Shown: piece by piece, positions 54,574 to 64,000 of the stretch
Numbering within the stretch: position 1 is the first letter of the stretch
Layout: every line of letters begins with the position of its first letter
Source of the DNA: a virus
DNA length: 64,000 bases
Strand: one strand, 5' to 3'
Virus record (IMG/VR): IMGVR_UViG_3300029957_000006
Location: 1-64,000 of that record
Program-made: the position numbers and the translations under genes
The notes under the pieces: model-generated
What the model saw: only the letters and a program-made list of their open reading frames with translations
Database searches by the model: none
Told to the model about the DNA's origin: nothing

Positions 54574-54993
54574 CTATTTTAATTTGTTTTCTAGTGTTTT
54601 TAATATAATAGAAACACCTAGTAATCCAATTGTTATGATTAAGCTTGAAAATAAATAACCAATTCCGACCAATACACCAACACTAGCTATAAACCAAATA
54701 AAAGCTGCTGATGTTACTCCAACAACCTTATCTTCATGTTTAAAAATAACTCCACCACCAAGAAATCCAATTCCTGTAATTATTTGACCAATAACTCGTG
54801 TCGGATCAACATTGTGATTGACTAAGATAAAACTTGTAGTGGTAAATAAACAAGACCCTACACAGACTAATACATGTGTTCTTATACCAGCAACCTTATT
54901 CTTCATTTCTCGTTCCCAACCAATAATAATTCCACATAAGGTGGCTACTATTAGTTTTGGAAATAAATATAAGATCAATTCTATTTCAGTCAT
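54574..54993 (-). CDS. MgtC/SapB family membrane protein
   Basis: IGWERE...AGIRTH.LV, DP.RV..QI.TGIGFLG.G. Confidence 0.9.
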   Translation of the reverse strand: MTEIELILYLFPKLIVATLCGIIIGWEREMKNKVAGIRTHVLVCVGSCLFTTTSFILVNHNVDPTRVIGQIITGIGFLGGGVIFKHEDKVVGVTSAAFIWFIASVGVLVGIGYLFSSLIITIGLLGVSIILKTLENKLK

Positions 54994-55030
54994 CGACACA
55001 AAGGTATGAATAATTTATCGAAATAACAAA

Positions 55031-55471
55031 TTATTCAATCAAATAATCTTTATATGTCTCATTACCATATTTCACGAAACTTCTAACCAGACTACTTGAA
55101 ATATGTGGTAAAAGCCTATCAGTAAAGATACTAACCATTTGAATATCTGGCATGAGGTCTTGAAGAATATAATAATAATTGATCTCTGCTTGAAGATCAT
55201 GAGTATTTCTAAGGCCACGAATCAATGTGACTTTATTTTCACCATCACCTTGTAATTTCTTAACAACATCTGTAATCAATTCTAACTCAGTTAAAATGAT
55301 TACTTCTCTGTTCATTAAGGTTTTAGGTAGGACCCAAGAACTAGCAGCTTTATCTGGATTAACACCTCGTACTATGATGACCTTATCAAAGATTTTTTCA
55401 GCCTTTAATAATATATCGTAGTGTCCTTTATGAAAAGGATTAAAGCTTCCAGCATATATGCCTATTGTCAT
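55031..55471 (-). CDS. coaD: Phosphopantetheine adenylyltransferase-like
   Basis: YAGSFNPFHKGH, N..K, IRGLR, ISSSLVR. Confidence 0.82.
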   Translation of the reverse strand: MTIGIYAGSFNPFHKGHYDILLKAEKIFDKVIIVRGVNPDKAASSWVLPKTLMNREVIILTELELITDVVKKLQGDGENKVTLIRGLRNTHDLQAEINYYYILQDLMPDIQMVSIFTDRLLPHISSSLVRSFVKYGNETYKDYLIE

Positions 55472-56007
55472 TTTCTTATGAATTTAAAGTAGAGATAAAT
55501 AAGTCCAGTGATAAGTCCAGCGATAAACGCAAGCTTCAACCAAAAGAAGAAGAACATGAATCCTAATATCATTCCTTTGATCATGAATACTACCAGTAAT
55601 ACTAGTAAAAATATTCCAATAATTTTAATTGTTTTCATAGTTAGTTTATTGTTTAAGTTTTTTCCAAATTCTATCATGATACTTTGTCTTGAACTTACCT
55701 AATTCAAAACTTCCATTAAATAATATTACTTCCAAAGCTATTGGTAATTCGTTATAAAGCTTATCCCATTCTGATTTTTGTTCATCTGAATAAATTTTAA
55801 TCTCACTAGTATTCAATGGGTCAAAATCAGCTGGCTGTCCATTAAGAATAAGGTCCATAGCATCATAGATATTATTTTCACCAAATGGTGGCGCAATATC
55901 ATCACCATCATCAGCAACTCCGCTAATGATCTTTTCCTTATTCATACTCCAACGTAAGTATTTTAAAAGCTTTACGTGTTGTTCTGTTAGTTCAAATATA
56001 ATTACAC

Positions 56008-56304
56008 TCATTTTTGTGGATCGTATAATGTGTAGCTGGCTGTTATTTCTTCACCAGCTTTTATTTCTCTTAATGAAATCAATCTAATAAAATCACCTTC
56101 TATTTCAACATAACAGTTTGGTTCAGTTGAATGATTGAAGAAGCCACCTAATGGTGTTCTGATATAACCATCTTGAAATCTATCATCACGAACATGTGTT
56201 ATCCCCAATAGATGTTGTGCATCTATATTATCATTTGTGAATAACCCTAGTCCATCAATTTTAGATGGTTTAATTGTCAGATATGTTGGTAATGGCTTAT
56301 ACAT
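56008..56304 (-). CDS. Minimal SET-domain methyltransferase
   Basis: S.I.GLGLF, FNHS..PNC, I..GEEIT..Y. Confidence 0.88.
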   Translation of the reverse strand: MYKPLPTYLTIKPSKIDGLGLFTNDNIDAQHLLGITHVRDDRFQDGYIRTPLGGFFNHSTEPNCYVEIEGDFIRLISLREIKAGEEITASYTLYDPQK

Positions 56305-56305
56305 T

Positions 56306-57049
56306 TTAATTAGTGATTGATTCTCTGCTCATTATTTCTTTTACTACTTCAGCAACACCTTCAACTGCTTTTTTATTCACATATTGTACTTTGATCCCAT
56401 AATTATCCAAGTATTTCATTGGCGATGGATCAATGTAATAAACCTCACATTGTTCTGGAACACGTTTTACGTTATTCAGCATTGGAAGTGTATAACCAAT
56501 TTGTAGACTGGTTCCAATAATAAGTAAGATATCAGCATCAAGTATTGCTCGTGTTGCTTCAGATACACCAAATGGATATTCACCAAACCATACAATATGT
56601 GGACGTAATTGTGAACCTGTCGTAGGACACTTATCACCTAGATTGATATCATTGTAACCAATATCAATGATCGTGTCAGCTGGGCTAGATTTATGTGCAT
56701 ATAAACAACCTCTAGCCTTGGTTAGATCACCATGCAAATGAATTATGTTTGTTGATCCAGCTCGTTCATGAAGGTTATCAACATTCTGTGTTATGATTGT
56801 TACATCATAATTCTTTTCCAATTCAACAAGTGATATGTGTGCTAGGTTAGGTTCAACATCTGGTAATTGCTTTCTACGTTCATTGTAGAAATTCAACACC
56901 ATTTCACGATTCTTCTTCCAACCTTCTGGTGTTGCGACATCTTCAATTCTATAGTTATTCCATAGACCATCCTTAACATCTCTAAATGTAAGGATACCGC
57001 TTTCTGCTGAAATTCCAGCACCAGTAAAAATTGCTATTTTCTTTTTCAT
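56306..57049 (-). CDS. Sirtuin (CobB-like) NAD-dependent deacylase
   Basis: TGAGISAESG..TFR, TQNVDNLHERAG, HLHG, RPHIVWFGE. Confidence 0.93.
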   Translation of the reverse strand: MKKKIAIFTGAGISAESGILTFRDVKDGLWNNYRIEDVATPEGWKKNREMVLNFYNERRKQLPDVEPNLAHISLVELEKNYDVTIITQNVDNLHERAGSTNIIHLHGDLTKARGCLYAHKSSPADTIIDIGYNDINLGDKCPTTGSQLRPHIVWFGEYPFGVSEATRAILDADILLIIGTSLQIGYTLPMLNNVKRVPEQCEVYYIDPSPMKYLDNYGIKVQYVNKKAVEGVAEVVKEIMSRESITN

Positions 57050-57474
57050 AATTTCGTTGTTTCGTCTCCACTTTTCTTTTCAAGGACCTTTCGGCCCCAA
57101 CCATACTTTACCCAAGTTTTTGTATCTGCAAAATATTCCCACCAGTGTGGTATCCATTTACCAAAGAAAACAATAGTCCAAGTACTAGGATCAGCTTTTA
57201 GTATTCTATGACAGTAATTCTTTGGTAGATATCTAGGCTTAAGCCATTGATGAACTACCTTGAATTTTATCTGACCATCTTCAATTACTTCTTCTGTGTA
57301 TTTTCCGTTTAAAAGAAACGCTATACTACTAAATGCGTGTGTATGAAATCTGTTTTGTTTAATGGTTTTCCAATTATACAACCAAATACCACCTAGATAC
57401 TTGCTTTCAAATATTGTATATTGAATGATATGACCATCGCCTAACTCAACTCGTTTCTTTTTAAAGAAGATCAT
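57046..57474 (-). CDS. Cupin-like protein
   Basis: FHTHAF...G.Y.E...HRI. Confidence 0.6.
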   Translation of the reverse strand: MIFFKKKRVELGDGHIIQYTIFESKYLGGIWLYNWKTIKQNRFHTHAFSSIAFLLNGKYTEEVIEDGQIKFKVVHQWLKPRYLPKNYCHRILKADPSTWTIVFFGKWIPHWWEYFADTKTWVKYGWGRKVLEKKSGDETTKL

Positions 57475-57770
57475 TATTTCTTGCTTCCTTTTATAATAAG
57501 ATTAAGCATTCTTAATAAGAACCAAAGACCACCAACGAATCCGAAGTTATACCAACCTCCATTATTATTCACAGCATAGACAGCAATATCATCACTGAAT
57601 AAGCTACCAATAAATGAGAATTGACAAATCATTCCATGCCATACACCACCCCAGAATCCATAAGTATGTTCAGATGCTAATAAGCAAGGTTGAATATGTG
57701 ATACGTCAGCACAGCCAGTTGCAAGTGCGATAACTAGCAATGCTAGTCCTAATAGTGTTAAATTTTTCAT
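57474..57770 (-). CDS. Lipoprotein/membrane protein (YGFW.G.WHG...Y...NNG.WY.FGF)
   Basis: ATGC lipobox; common phage family. Confidence 0.65.
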   Translation of the reverse strand: MKNLTLLGLALLVIALATGCADVSHIQPCLLASEHTYGFWGGVWHGMICQFSFIGSLFSDDIAVYAVNNNGGWYNFGFVGGLWFLLRMLNLIIKGSKK

Positions 57771-57898
57771 GTTTTTTTATTTATTTTTTATTTGTTATTC
57801 TAAATCCAGCAATCCATAAGTCTATTCTAAAAAACCATGAGCCATTATGTTTACCAAATCCTATTCGAAGCATTCGGTTATCTTTATCTAATGGTATT

Positions 57899-58339
57899 TT
57901 ATTGATTACCATATTTAGTTTTCATAAACTCCAAAACCTCAAGCCATTCAGTTTCTGGATCGAAACCAGCCTTGTCTTCAAATAAGACATTCATGTAAGG
58001 TTTTTTATCATAGCATCCATAACCATTGGGTTGTGTTTCAACTTCTGGATTCTCATTAATGAATTTGAATTTAATATCAAATTGTTTAAATAATTCAACA
58101 TATTGTTGAATTTCATGTGGATGAGAACAAGTATAAATTACCATTTCAACATCAGGTAATTTGGTCAAAAATTGAAGACACTCAATAGCATAAGGATAAA
58201 AATCCTTTGGTGTATTACCATATTCATAATTTGGTTTAAGTATGGTTCCATGTATGTCAAAGAACCAATAAGTTTTATCCCAATTACGTTTTTCTTTATA
58301 TTCGAAGTGATTAACTTCTATTGCCTTGATGATTCCCAT
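57899..58339 (-). CDS. HAD-like protein
   Basis: FDIHGT, INENPE, KPY..VLFEDKAGF. Confidence 0.7.
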   Translation of the reverse strand: MGIIKAIEVNHFEYKEKRNWDKTYWFFDIHGTILKPNYEYGNTPKDFYPYAIECLQFLTKLPDVEMVIYTCSHPHEIQQYVELFKQFDIKFKFINENPEVETQPNGYGCYDKKPYMNVLFEDKAGFDPETEWLEVLEFMKTKYGNQ

Positions 58340-58525
58340 GTTATTTTATTTCAAAAAATTTTACAAAATCAGTTCTTTTCATTGATACAAATGTCGTATC
58401 ATTTCTGAAAAAGACAGTATCACCAAATGCATTTACTTCTTTTGGGACCCATGCCTTTACAACATCAATATCCAAATTTAATTCTCCTTCGTTGGCAATA
58501 CCAACACTTACAGTTTCTTTTGTCA

Positions 58526-58966
58526 TTAGTCAATTAGAATTACTTCTACATTAGATTCTTCCAGCATTTGAAGAGCTGCTCGAAAATGCTCTCCCCATGT
58601 TTCATGTTCAACATCTGGTGTTGGTGAATAAAGTTTAATTATACCAGATTGAATAATACCTCTAGCACAATCGCTACAAGGGAACATTGTTACATACATG
58701 CTACAACCTTTTAGTGTAACACCATGTCTTGCAGCATGAAATATAGCATTTCGTTCTGCATGTTCGGTAAATAAGTATTTATGGGGTTTCACATAACGAG
58801 ATTCAACTGAATCATCACAACCTCTTGGGAAGCCATTATATCCAACTGAAATTACTATATGATCTGGATCAACAATTACAGCACCATTCTTGCGATTGGT
58901 ATCTTTACTCCATTGAGCAATATGTTTAGATAATTCAATAAATTTTAAATCCCAATGGTTTGTCAT
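58526..58966 (-). CDS. dCMP deaminase
   Basis: WSKD, GYNGFPRG, HAERNA, PCSDC. Confidence 0.9.
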   Translation of the reverse strand: MTNHWDLKFIELSKHIAQWSKDTNRKNGAVIVDPDHIVISVGYNGFPRGCDDSVESRYVKPHKYLFTEHAERNAIFHAARHGVTLKGCSMYVTMFPCSDCARGIIQSGIIKLYSPTPDVEHETWGEHFRAALQMLEESNVEVILID

Positions 58967-58997
58967 CTGTACAAAGGTACTAAAAATTTTCGAATAA

Positions 58998-59453
58998 TCA
59001 AATGTTTTTTTCGTAATTTACGATAGTAACATATTCACCAGCAAATTCTTCTTGAAGGATACGTTCAATAACAGTCCAATCACCTCCAGCTAATCCAGCA
59101 CCAAGCTTGGGTAGTGCAAAACGTTTACCAGTGAATTTCTGCTTCATTAAACGAAGTCCAGATCGCAATGCATTATAGTCTAGGTCCATTTCATTACGTC
59201 TACGTCCAGTATAATCATATTGGCCATAAATATTAACAATGATTGGAGTAGTGTTTTCAGTATAGGTAATGGTTCCAAGCTTTGATTTATCTCCTTTTAC
59301 CGTAGCATTATCTACAGCATAAGCTTCTGGAAATTTAGCTTTTATTTGTGGGGCAATGCCAGAACCCATCGTATTAAAGCAATTGCAACAGTGACCTATT
59401 ACGTCAAATTGTTCGGCATCTCTTACAAGATCACCAGTTATGTATGTTATCAT
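58998..59453 (-). CDS. Macro domain (ADP-ribose hydrolase)
   Basis: GDL, H.CNC..MGSGIA..I, PK.GAGLAGG.W. Confidence 0.9.
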   Translation of the reverse strand: MITYITGDLVRDAEQFDVIGHCCNCFNTMGSGIAPQIKAKFPEAYAVDNATVKGDKSKLGTITYTENTTPIIVNIYGQYDYTGRRRNEMDLDYNALRSGLRLMKQKFTGKRFALPKLGAGLAGGDWTVIERILQEEFAGEYVTIVNYEKNI

Positions 59454-59643
59454 AAATCTTAATTATCAAAGGCTTTTAATTGTCGTTTAATTTCATCTAT
59501 TTTAGCATTCGTAACTAGAATTAAATCACCAATATTATTTGTATCATATTGTGCTCTTGCTTCAATTAATCGATTTAATACTGCTGTTTCAATATTTAAT
59601 TGAGACTTCAAGATAATTTCTAATACGTCTTTTTGTAATCCTG

Positions 59644-60141
59644 TCATAATAATTTTTTAATTAAAATTTCTTGTTTTATTTTCTCTCTGACTTGCATGAT
59701 TGCTTCGCCAAGCCAATTAGTTCCTTGCCATTTAGATTTATCTAAAATATCTGGATGATTTTCGTCCATACCAATTCCCCAAATACGATCTTCAGGACTA
59801 GCTTCAACGATTTCTCTATCATCGCTTTTTAATAATTCAAGTTTCATTTTTGGGTTTTGAATAAACTTAGCAAGATTTGCATCATAAACAATCTTACGAC
59901 ATACTCGATTCCAAATATCAGCATTAAAGCCTTTTATTTGACGACCATAAGCTTTTTGTTCATTTGGCTGATCAGTATTCATTATGTTGTTCAAAGCTTC
60001 ATAATCACCGAAGACTAGAGCTTTTTTAGCCATCATGTACTGTTCAGTACAATTGTATTCCACACCATCTATTGTAAATGGCGAAGGGCACCATTGACTA
60101 AAGGTGCCTCCCCAAAAGAATATGAATTTTTCTGTTGTCAT
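59644..60141 (-). CDS. NADAR (YbiA-like) family
   Basis: FSQW, EQYMMA.KA..F.D, KF.QN, VEASP.D.IWGIG, G.N.LG..M. Confidence 0.92.
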   Translation of the reverse strand: MTTEKFIFFWGGTFSQWCPSPFTIDGVEYNCTEQYMMAKKALVFGDYEALNNIMNTDQPNEQKAYGRQIKGFNADIWNRVCRKIVYDANLAKFIQNPKMKLELLKSDDREIVEASPEDRIWGIGMDENHPDILDKSKWQGTNWLGEAIMQVREKIKQEILIKKLL

Positions 60142-60142
60142 T

Positions 60143-60658
60143 TTATTTACGTCTTAAATTAGCTTTTCTTATTGATGCTGATATCGTTTCTTCCATTGTA
60201 GAAAAGATATATGGAATGTAATTATTTCCATTTTTTTCTATTGATACCGCTTTCCACATGATATCTAAATAACCAATACGATAAGCATCATCTGGTCGGC
60301 CATAGATCATTTTTTCTGGTTCTCTACCTTGCCAAAAACCAAATTCCATATTGGTTGTTAATGCAATAAGCTCTCGTGTTCGTGGAATCCAGAACATTAT
60401 ACAATCAGCTTTTTTCAAGCCATTAAATTCCCATAATGGAATCCATGCCTTATTTTTATCCGATTCTGTTTTGCTGGTAAATTCTGGAACAATCAAGTCA
60501 CCAGTAAAACCTTGCTTTTCAAATTCTTCAATAGCTGCAAATCTCCAAGAAGTTAAATGTGGTTGATGACCTCTAACTGTTGGACCAGCAAGAAAAATTG
60601 ATGGTTTTGAAATAGTATTTATTTCAGTTTCTGATTCTTCGTATCTATGAACCTTCAT
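60143..60658 (-). CDS. Nucleoside 2-deoxyribosyltransferase-like
   Basis: IFLAGPT.R...SWR, WE..L..AD.I.FW.PR, TTN.EFG. Confidence 0.82.
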   Translation of the reverse strand: MKVHRYEESETEINTISKPSIFLAGPTVRGHQPHLTSWRFAAIEEFEKQGFTGDLIVPEFTSKTESDKNKAWIPLWEFNGLKKADCIMFWIPRTRELIALTTNMEFGFWQGREPEKMIYGRPDDAYRIGYLDIMWKAVSIEKNGNNYIPYIFSTMEETISASIRKANLRRK

Positions 60659-60663
60659 ACAAA

Positions 60664-62325
60664 TTATTGTTTTGCTGGTGCATACTCAATCAACAATGCT
60701 TGTTTAGTTGACATGATTTCAGCACTTGCTGGATAATTGTGATTTTCTGTTGTTCCAAGACTCAAAGGCATACTTGCCATTTGAGATTTAATATTTGCTT
60801 TGATAATCAAGAAGTCATCATCTTGTCCTTCACCAAATGGTTTATAAATGTTGGTACCATCGAAATAAGTAACCATTGCATCTTCACCTGATTCATGTTC
60901 AAAACAAATGGTTTTCTTAGCTCCCAATGCTTCTTTACTTCTGAGCAATTTGAAAGGACCTGGTAATGTTCCTTTACCAATTGTTTCGCTGAATTTCACA
61001 ACTGGACGATCTTCAGAACCAACAGATGATAAAGCATATTTTGCTGATAAGTTATCACGTTTCAAATTATTACGCAACCCACCACCTTGTCCGAATAATC
61101 CCCAAGTGTAGAATGCATATCCTTTTGCAATGAGTGCATCGATTTCTTCAAGAATATCTTCGCAAGATTTTCCATCACCGTCCAAGAAGTGAAATAATGT
61201 ACCACATTTCCAAGAACCAGTCTTGGTTGTCATTTCTGTGAACAGACCATTTGCAACTGAAAGATCGCAAATTTCAATGATTTGATCAAGTGTTGTATAT
61301 CCTTCTTTTGAAGAATCAGGACGAGCAACAACTACTTTACCATTACCTTCTTTGAGACTTCTCAAAGCTAGTGGCAATAACATATTTTTTACGGAGTTTT
61401 TAGCATCATAACAATCATCAACCATTGATACAATTTCATGGTTCTTACATGAGTTATAGATCGCTTCGTAACAATCATTTTCTTTTGTATATGATTGTAC
61501 GTTTCTGTGAGCAAGAGCATTTACACTTGAGAAGATGCCAATTGCTTCACCAGAATTTTTCCATGCTTGGTAAGCACCAGAAAACGTATCTGTACCACCA
61601 AAGGTGTATAAGTGAACCATTCCAAGTTCTTCTGATTCTTCAAGTGTCATACCAGCTCTGTCACCAAAGTCAGTAATCGTAATGCTGGCCCAGAAATTAA
61701 GCATTTCTTCTGACATATCTGGATCAACTTTAAGAATGCGTTCTTTGATACGCAATAAGAAGTGTTCATCTTGTGTAACACGTTCAGTAGTACTCCAAGT
61801 TTGGAGAATTTTAGATTCAAACCAAGCACCCAACACACCAAGTCCATCAACATCAGAGATGATTTCAATAGCTGGTTCATTTGGATAAATGACGCTTCCT
61901 TCACGCACAGCACGAATTTTAATTGGGGGACGGCCACCGAATTCATCAACAACTCTGCGCCAGATTTCTTCTGGGAATTCATATTCTTTGAATCCTTCCA
62001 TTGTAACCTTAGCATGAGCTAGGAAACGGATTGTTTCATCGATCTCAGCGTGTGTGATTGGTTCGTAGAATAATTTTTCAAGAATACGTTGGAGACCAAT
62101 AAAGATGATACGATTGTCAGCTTTACTGTAAATATGAGGATTAATCGTATTGAGATTTTTTCTGAATGTTACATAATAAACCGATTTTTCTTTAGCCTCT
62201 GGGCTTTCGAATTTATTAGAACCAATGGTATAAGCATCACCAAGCAATAGACGTGGTGTTTTATAAACTTTACGTTTTGGCAATACAACCGTTTTAACTT
62301 GTTCTGTTGTTGAGACTTCGTTCAT
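60664..62325 (-). CDS. Nicotinamide phosphoribosyltransferase family (Nampt/Namat)
   Basis: D.Y, GLQ..L, P.KIRAV.EG, DFG.R, F.GTD, A..H, RPDS, GDG, G.GG.L, RD....KY. Confidence 0.85.
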   Translation of the reverse strand: MNEVSTTEQVKTVVLPKRKVYKTPRLLLGDAYTIGSNKFESPEAKEKSVYYVTFRKNLNTINPHIYSKADNRIIFIGLQRILEKLFYEPITHAEIDETIRFLAHAKVTMEGFKEYEFPEEIWRRVVDEFGGRPPIKIRAVREGSVIYPNEPAIEIISDVDGLGVLGAWFESKILQTWSTTERVTQDEHFLLRIKERILKVDPDMSEEMLNFWASITITDFGDRAGMTLEESEELGMVHLYTFGGTDTFSGAYQAWKNSGEAIGIFSSVNALAHRNVQSYTKENDCYEAIYNSCKNHEIVSMVDDCYDAKNSVKNMLLPLALRSLKEGNGKVVVARPDSSKEGYTTLDQIIEICDLSVANGLFTEMTTKTGSWKCGTLFHFLDGDGKSCEDILEEIDALIAKGYAFYTWGLFGQGGGLRNNLKRDNLSAKYALSSVGSEDRPVVKFSETIGKGTLPGPFKLLRSKEALGAKKTICFEHESGEDAMVTYFDGTNIYKPFGEGQDDDFLIIKANIKSQMASMPLSLGTTENHNYPASAEIMSTKQALLIEYAPAKQ

Positions 62326-62327
62326 GG

Positions 62328-62660
62328 TTATTGATTTTTAAAATTAATATACGTGATTTTGATATTGTGTTCTTGTGCAAATTTAATTTCTTCTTGTACC
62401 CCAAGTGATCCTTCCCAACCATCAACCATTAAGACATGCATTTCATTACATAGTATAAGTAAGTCAAAACTTAATTTACACCAGAAATTAAAGTCACTTG
62501 GAAGTTCAGCATGTTGAAGGATTGTTACACCACTAGTTACTGGTGATATACAACTGATACCATCTTTTAAAAGCTTAGCTGAGTATTGAGATATAGATTT
62601 GACTCTGTATTCAATTACAGCCTTGTTTTTATCAGAATATGGTATTGATAGAAATATCAT
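62328..62660 (-). CDS. DUF1937 / deoxyribosyltransferase-like
   Basis: FLS.PYS, SP, W....L..C, GW..S.GV.EEI.FA. Confidence 0.7.
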   Translation of the reverse strand: MIFLSIPYSDKNKAVIEYRVKSISQYSAKLLKDGISCISPVTSGVTILQHAELPSDFNFWCKLSFDLLILCNEMHVLMVDGWEGSLGVQEEIKFAQEHNIKITYINFKNQ

Positions 62661-62903
62661 TTATACTTAATTACGACACAAAGGTACTAAATAAATTTTA
62701 ATTAAACAAGTTTAGTTTAACTTTTCTGTTTTGATCCTCTATTGTTATAATATACCACCCTTAATTCTTCTATTTTTTCTATAACTTCCGTTAACTTTTC
62801 CTTTTCATTTTTTGATAAAAGACTTGATTTACTTAATTTAATAAGATTGCCTTTTGTACCATTAATGGAAGCATAAATATGTTTTCGATGATCTGTATAT
62901 GTT

Positions 62904-63362
62904 TTATTCATATGCGTTTACCATTCTTTTATTCTGTGATTCAGCATATTGGATGCAATTCTTGGTTCCACCACTACTCCCATCAAACATTGCCAGTAAA
63001 ATATCACAATTATCAACCATCCAAATATTTCTTTTTTGCATGTATTCTACACTATAATCATCCATACCAGACACATTAACAACCTCTTGTGCCTTATCTA
63101 AAAGGTATTGATTATAAGCTTTGCTTTTATCGCTCCAAACCTTAGCTTGATCAGTGAATGGAATTGCTGCAATGAGGGGGATTTCTAAATTGATAGCTGC
63201 TTGAGCTAGTGCTTGATCCCAACCTAAAGCCATCCCTGAGATAACCTTACTGGCTTTGAGACCCTTTAACCATTTCTCGGCTATTGTGACTAAGCGATCA
63301 AAATTGGCTTCAGTATAACCACCCAATTTATCAGGTCTATGTCCAGTGCCAGCTATTATCAT
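62904..63362 (-). CDS. SLOG (YspA/DUF1273-like) protein
   Basis: TGHRP.KL, ISGMALG.D, RN.WMVD, GGT.NC..YA. Confidence 0.85.
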   Translation of the reverse strand: MIIAGTGHRPDKLGGYTEANFDRLVTIAEKWLKGLKASKVISGMALGWDQALAQAAINLEIPLIAAIPFTDQAKVWSDKSKAYNQYLLDKAQEVVNVSGMDDYSVEYMQKRNIWMVDNCDILLAMFDGSSGGTKNCIQYAESQNKRMVNAYE

Positions 63363-63561
63363 TCCTCACTTGAATTATATTTGAGAGAATTCTTTTCTAA
63401 CAACTCAGTCATGTCACATAATTCATTTTGAATACTAGCTCTAATCGTTCCTAATTGAAGATATTCATCCTTAGACAACTTATCAATTCCTTTTAATTCA
63501 TCTCTATTTGTATGAGCAATTGCAAGACATAATTTTAAAAATGATTTTGTTGTTTTTGGTT

Positions 63562-63933
63562 TCATCTTAACTTCTCTATTTTACTCAAAAATTTTTCATT
63601 GGAATACAATTGTCCCTCAAACCATTTAATATTTCTATGATTTGGTGTATGTTCTTTCATATATTCAATTTTCTTATTTAAATGAAGAACATTACCTTCT
63701 ATATCTGTTTTAAGTTGATCAATTAAATTTTGTTTTGAATACCAATGATTAAAATCATCTTCAGTAGGGACACTGTTTTCAAAAAATTTTTCGAAAGAAT
63801 CTTTCAAAATTAATGGTATTATCTTTTCTTCTATTTTTAATTTTTGTTCTGTTATATCAGAATTAAAATTTGATATTATTGGCTCACCTACTTTTTTTAA
63901 GTAATGAACAATATATCCTACTGAGTTTTCCAT
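63562..63933 (-). CDS. Hypothetical protein
   Basis: 123-aa ORF in operon. Confidence 0.6.
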   Translation of the reverse strand: MENSVGYIVHYLKKVGEPIISNFNSDITEQKLKIEEKIIPLILKDSFEKFFENSVPTEDDFNHWYSKQNLIDQLKTDIEGNVLHLNKKIEYMKEHTPNHRNIKWFEGQLYSNEKFLSKIEKLR

Positions 63934-64000
63934 ATTTATGCAATTCTAATTAAGTCCAACAATAAAGTGGTTATGTAATTTACAGCTTTTGATGTTCCCA

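Noticed and set aside
3161-62022. Numerous + strand ORFs in the ORF track (e.g. 3161, 24558, 51180) and 12372..12635
   Set aside because: Antisense shadows of real minus-strand genes, or lacking protein-like composition and start signals.
1-64000. Stop-codon reassignment (TAG/TGA) as in some Bacteroidota phages
   Set aside because: Conserved genes are full length in code 11, and TGA/TAG occur at natural gene ends.

Overview
AT-rich, densely coding fragment of a large (jumbo/huge) lytic phage genome that very likely infects a Bacteroidota host. Evidence for the host: ~45 copies of the Bacteroidota -33/-7 promoter (TTTG-N20-TAnnTTTG), no Shine-Dalgarno signals, and a Bacteroidota-type RpoD. 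Almost all genes are on the minus strand and standard code 11 fits. 1-27 kb is an early-type array of small hypothetical genes, most with their own promoter, plus GH73, DUF932, Gp88-like and three counter-oriented HNH nucleases. 28-64 kb carries host-takeover/metabolic genes: sigma factor, SmpB, RNase R, GlnRS, IF3, Thg1, CoaD/CoaE, PPK2, Prs, Nampt, Sir2, macro, NADAR, SET, GNAT, a T5 A1-like nuclease, and LAGLIDADG and GIY-YIG homing nucleases. No tRNA, tmRNA or CRISPR array was seen. Main unexplained signals: (1) a three-copy, promoter-driven, covarying structured ncRNA family at 8.1, 9.3 and 11.6 kb, plus other candidate sRNAs; (2) a GIY-YIG insertion flanked by two synonymously recoded copies of its target gene's N-terminus; (3) a stand-alone T4 Gol-like capsid segment in a small protein next to IF3; (4) many apparently leaderless genes; (5) a 20-bp palindrome present four times. 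All calls come from reading the sequence by eye; no searches or folding programs were run.
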